Shown piece by piece: positions 38,461 through 64,000 of a stretch of 64,000 nt of DNA; within the stretch, counting starts at the first letter, position 1, and each line of letters opens with the position of its first letter. The notes beneath the pieces are model-generated. The model saw nothing but the letters and a program-made list of their open reading frames with translations. It made no database searches and was not told the origin of the DNA. Both the position numbers and the translations under genes were made by a program. The stretch is from the NCBI RefSeq assembly GCF_006345805.1, contig NC_043017.1, forward strand, positions 4,588,001 through 4,652,000, written 5' to 3'. This stretch comes from Octopus sinensis. Taxonomy: Eukaryota.

Positions 38461-38536
38461 AAGTTCCAAAGGTAAAGATAAAAAAAAAAAACCGAAAAAT
38501 AATAATTGTAACATATAAAAACTTTTTTGTTTTCAG

Positions 38537-38766
38537 AATTGCATTCTGATGTTTAAAAGAGAAATCTGAAGACATTTTTGAAAACCAAGAGATATTAGTT
38601 ACCAGGAGTGTTTGTCCAAAACAATATCACAGCACTGGTTGTACCAAACTTGTACTATTGCACCAATGTAGAGCATCTAAATTCCTGCAGTGGATAACTG
38701 TGGATCTTCAGTATGAATCAGTGAAGTTGTACTCCAGGTGGTTCCAAGTCGTTGAGAAATCTACTG
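38537..38766 (+). other. CC2D2A: Probable 5'UTR exon of CC2D2A
   Basis: TTTTCAG acceptor and CTG|GTATAG donor. There is an in-frame stop and no in-frame ATG relative to the next exon. Confidence 0.45.
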
Positions 38767-38998
38767 GTATAGTTTGCAGTTTATTTTGGTTCTAAATCTG
38801 TGTCTTTAGACTTGGACATAATTTCAAAGCCCATGCAACATATATATGATAATGTATATATGATAATGTATATATGATAATGTATATAATAATGTATATA
38901 TGATAATATATATGATAATGTATGCATGCATACATCAATGTATCATCCCTTTTCCACCTGTGTGTCTCATCTTACTCCACGCTTTCTTATTATTTCAG

Positions 38999-62254
<23,256 letters not shown>

Positions 62255-63205
62255 GTAAGTCAGCAGATGTAAACTTTCCTACATACCTGTCTGTCCTTCT
62301 TTTTATATCTGTCTGTCTGTCTGTATGTTGCTCTATCGGTCTCTCTGTCTTTCCACCTACTTAGCCATATCTCTGTCTGTCTATCTGTGTTACCATTTTT
62401 ATGTTGACATATCCTGCCTTTGTATGTATTATTTTGAATATAATGAAGAATTTAACACCATAACTTTGTCAAGTTGATGCGTGGAACATAAATAACTGTG
62501 GTGCTCCAGCATGGCAGCAGCTGCACGACTGAAATGAATAAAAGAATAACATGAAATTTTGAGACAAGAGGTTTTGATTTAGATGGCTTTGAAATCTGAA
62601 GTTTGCATCACAGAACCAGTGGTGGCCTCAGGTTGGCATCAAAAGGCTTAAACATGCCATGATGAATTGTATTTTCAAACTTGCTTGATAATCTGAAGAA
62701 CTGGCTAAACGACACCTTTGGAATGCGTTCTTTCTGAGAAAGGTTTTGTTAATCACATGAAGTCAGACACATACTCACCGACACAATCTATGGTTACCGA
62801 CTTTTTGCCCTTACATTTAAAATATACCACTGATTTAAACTGAAGTATGCAAATCCCAACCTGAACTACAAAGAAATCTACAGAGGAATGTCACATTACA
62901 GGAACGGTCGTTTGTTCCTACAGGAATACTGAATTTTGTTGTCATGTTGGTGCTTGATCTTGTTGGTCTTAAGAGTCATCTCAGAAAATATGGGTGTATG
63001 GCATTGAACGGTTTGACTAAATATTGAAACAGCTGTCATCTGAGATGGCACAATCAATATGTATGTGTGCAGAGTATACTGTTTCTTTGCTATTTTTATT
63101 TATATATATGTAATACTTACAGTGTTTAATAAAATGAAGTAGCATGAAACAATTGTACCACTCTACCTTGGATATACTTGTTGCTTATTTTGATTATATA
63201 TATAT

Positions 63206-63620
63206 ACTAGCTTAAGGTGACCTGCTCTACGCGCGGGTAAGAGTGTGGTTGTTACTTTCTGTTGCTTCCTTTCAGCACGTAAAAAGCACCATCCGAACGT
63301 GGCCGATTGCAGCGCCGCCTTAGTGTGAAAGCGCTGTAGAACGCCGTTTGACGAATCGACGTTATATATAGAAAGTGATGGGAAGGGAGGAAATAGAGTG
63401 AGTGAGGAAGACAGATACATAAAAGACTGAGAGTGGACTTGTCAAAGTGGGTTTTTGGCCCTAGCAACAACACCTTTTAAGATAGGGATTTCTAACGTAG
63501 CCCACGGGCATCGTCACCTCATTTTACATGTCCCTGTAAATTTTGGAGTCAATTGGACGGGATGTAGTGGCGATCCAAGCGGTCGAGTCAAACAAACAAA
63601 CGCATTTCAGTTTTTATATA
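63206..63620 (+). mobile_element. Non-autonomous Helitron-like element
   Basis: Starts ACTAGCTTAAGGTGACCTGCTCTACGCGCGGG and ends CAAACAAACAAACGCATTTCAGTTTTTATATATA. Confidence 0.4.
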
Positions 63621-63667
<47 letters not shown>

Positions 63668-64000
63668 TGTGAAATGTGTGTGTATATATGTATATATAAA
63701 CATTAACACATAAAAAGCTTCAGGCAGAGGCATTGCTTGATTTTTAACATTTCTGTTATGCATATTATGGTTGGATTGTGTTTGAAAAAGACAAAAGCAC
63801 TCAAAGAAGAATTCCATGATGAAATGAAGGTGAGTTAGTGTGGGTGGTAAGCTGTCTGAACACCTACTGCAAGGGGTGCCCATTGTTGCTACATCCATGC
63901 AAAAGAATGTCGGTCCCTTGTAGGATGGAAGTCACATTCGTTGCTGCTTATATTTAAGAGAACACTGAAATGATGACACTGCTTTTGAAGTTGCAGCCAC

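Noticed and set aside
63780-63830. Next CC2D2A exon (AAG|GTGAGT donor)
   Set aside because: The required phase-1 frame contains a stop and does not resemble the expected sequence.

Overview
AT-rich, microsatellite- and SINE-dense animal DNA. It is most likely Octopus (inferred from the tRNA-derived SINE families and the clustered [17 protein letters not shown]-type zinc fingers). The left half (4-33 kb) is a cluster of five paralogous C2H2 zinc-finger genes, each with a single coding exon (orientations -,+,+,-,-; 9-12 fingers; no KRAB/ZAD/BTB). They share a ~35-aa leader and a conserved splice acceptor. The right half (38.5-62.3 kb, + strand, incomplete at the 3' end) holds 23 frame-consistent coding exons of the ciliary transition-zone gene CC2D2A/MKS6. 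Between the two halves is an unexplained ~520-nt GC/CpG-rich, heavily base-paired island (35.95-36.47 kb) with an upstream TATA box; this is the best candidate for an undescribed structured RNA. Other notable items: a Penelope-type hammerhead ribozyme motif in a CC2D2A intron, a U6 copy abutting a SINE 3' half, two ZNF genes independently frameshifted but kept open by the same +7 ATG, a foldback element with a telomere-like core, and RFX X-boxes at both ends of the ZNF cluster. All calls were made by eye; no database searches were run, and family names are from recognition.
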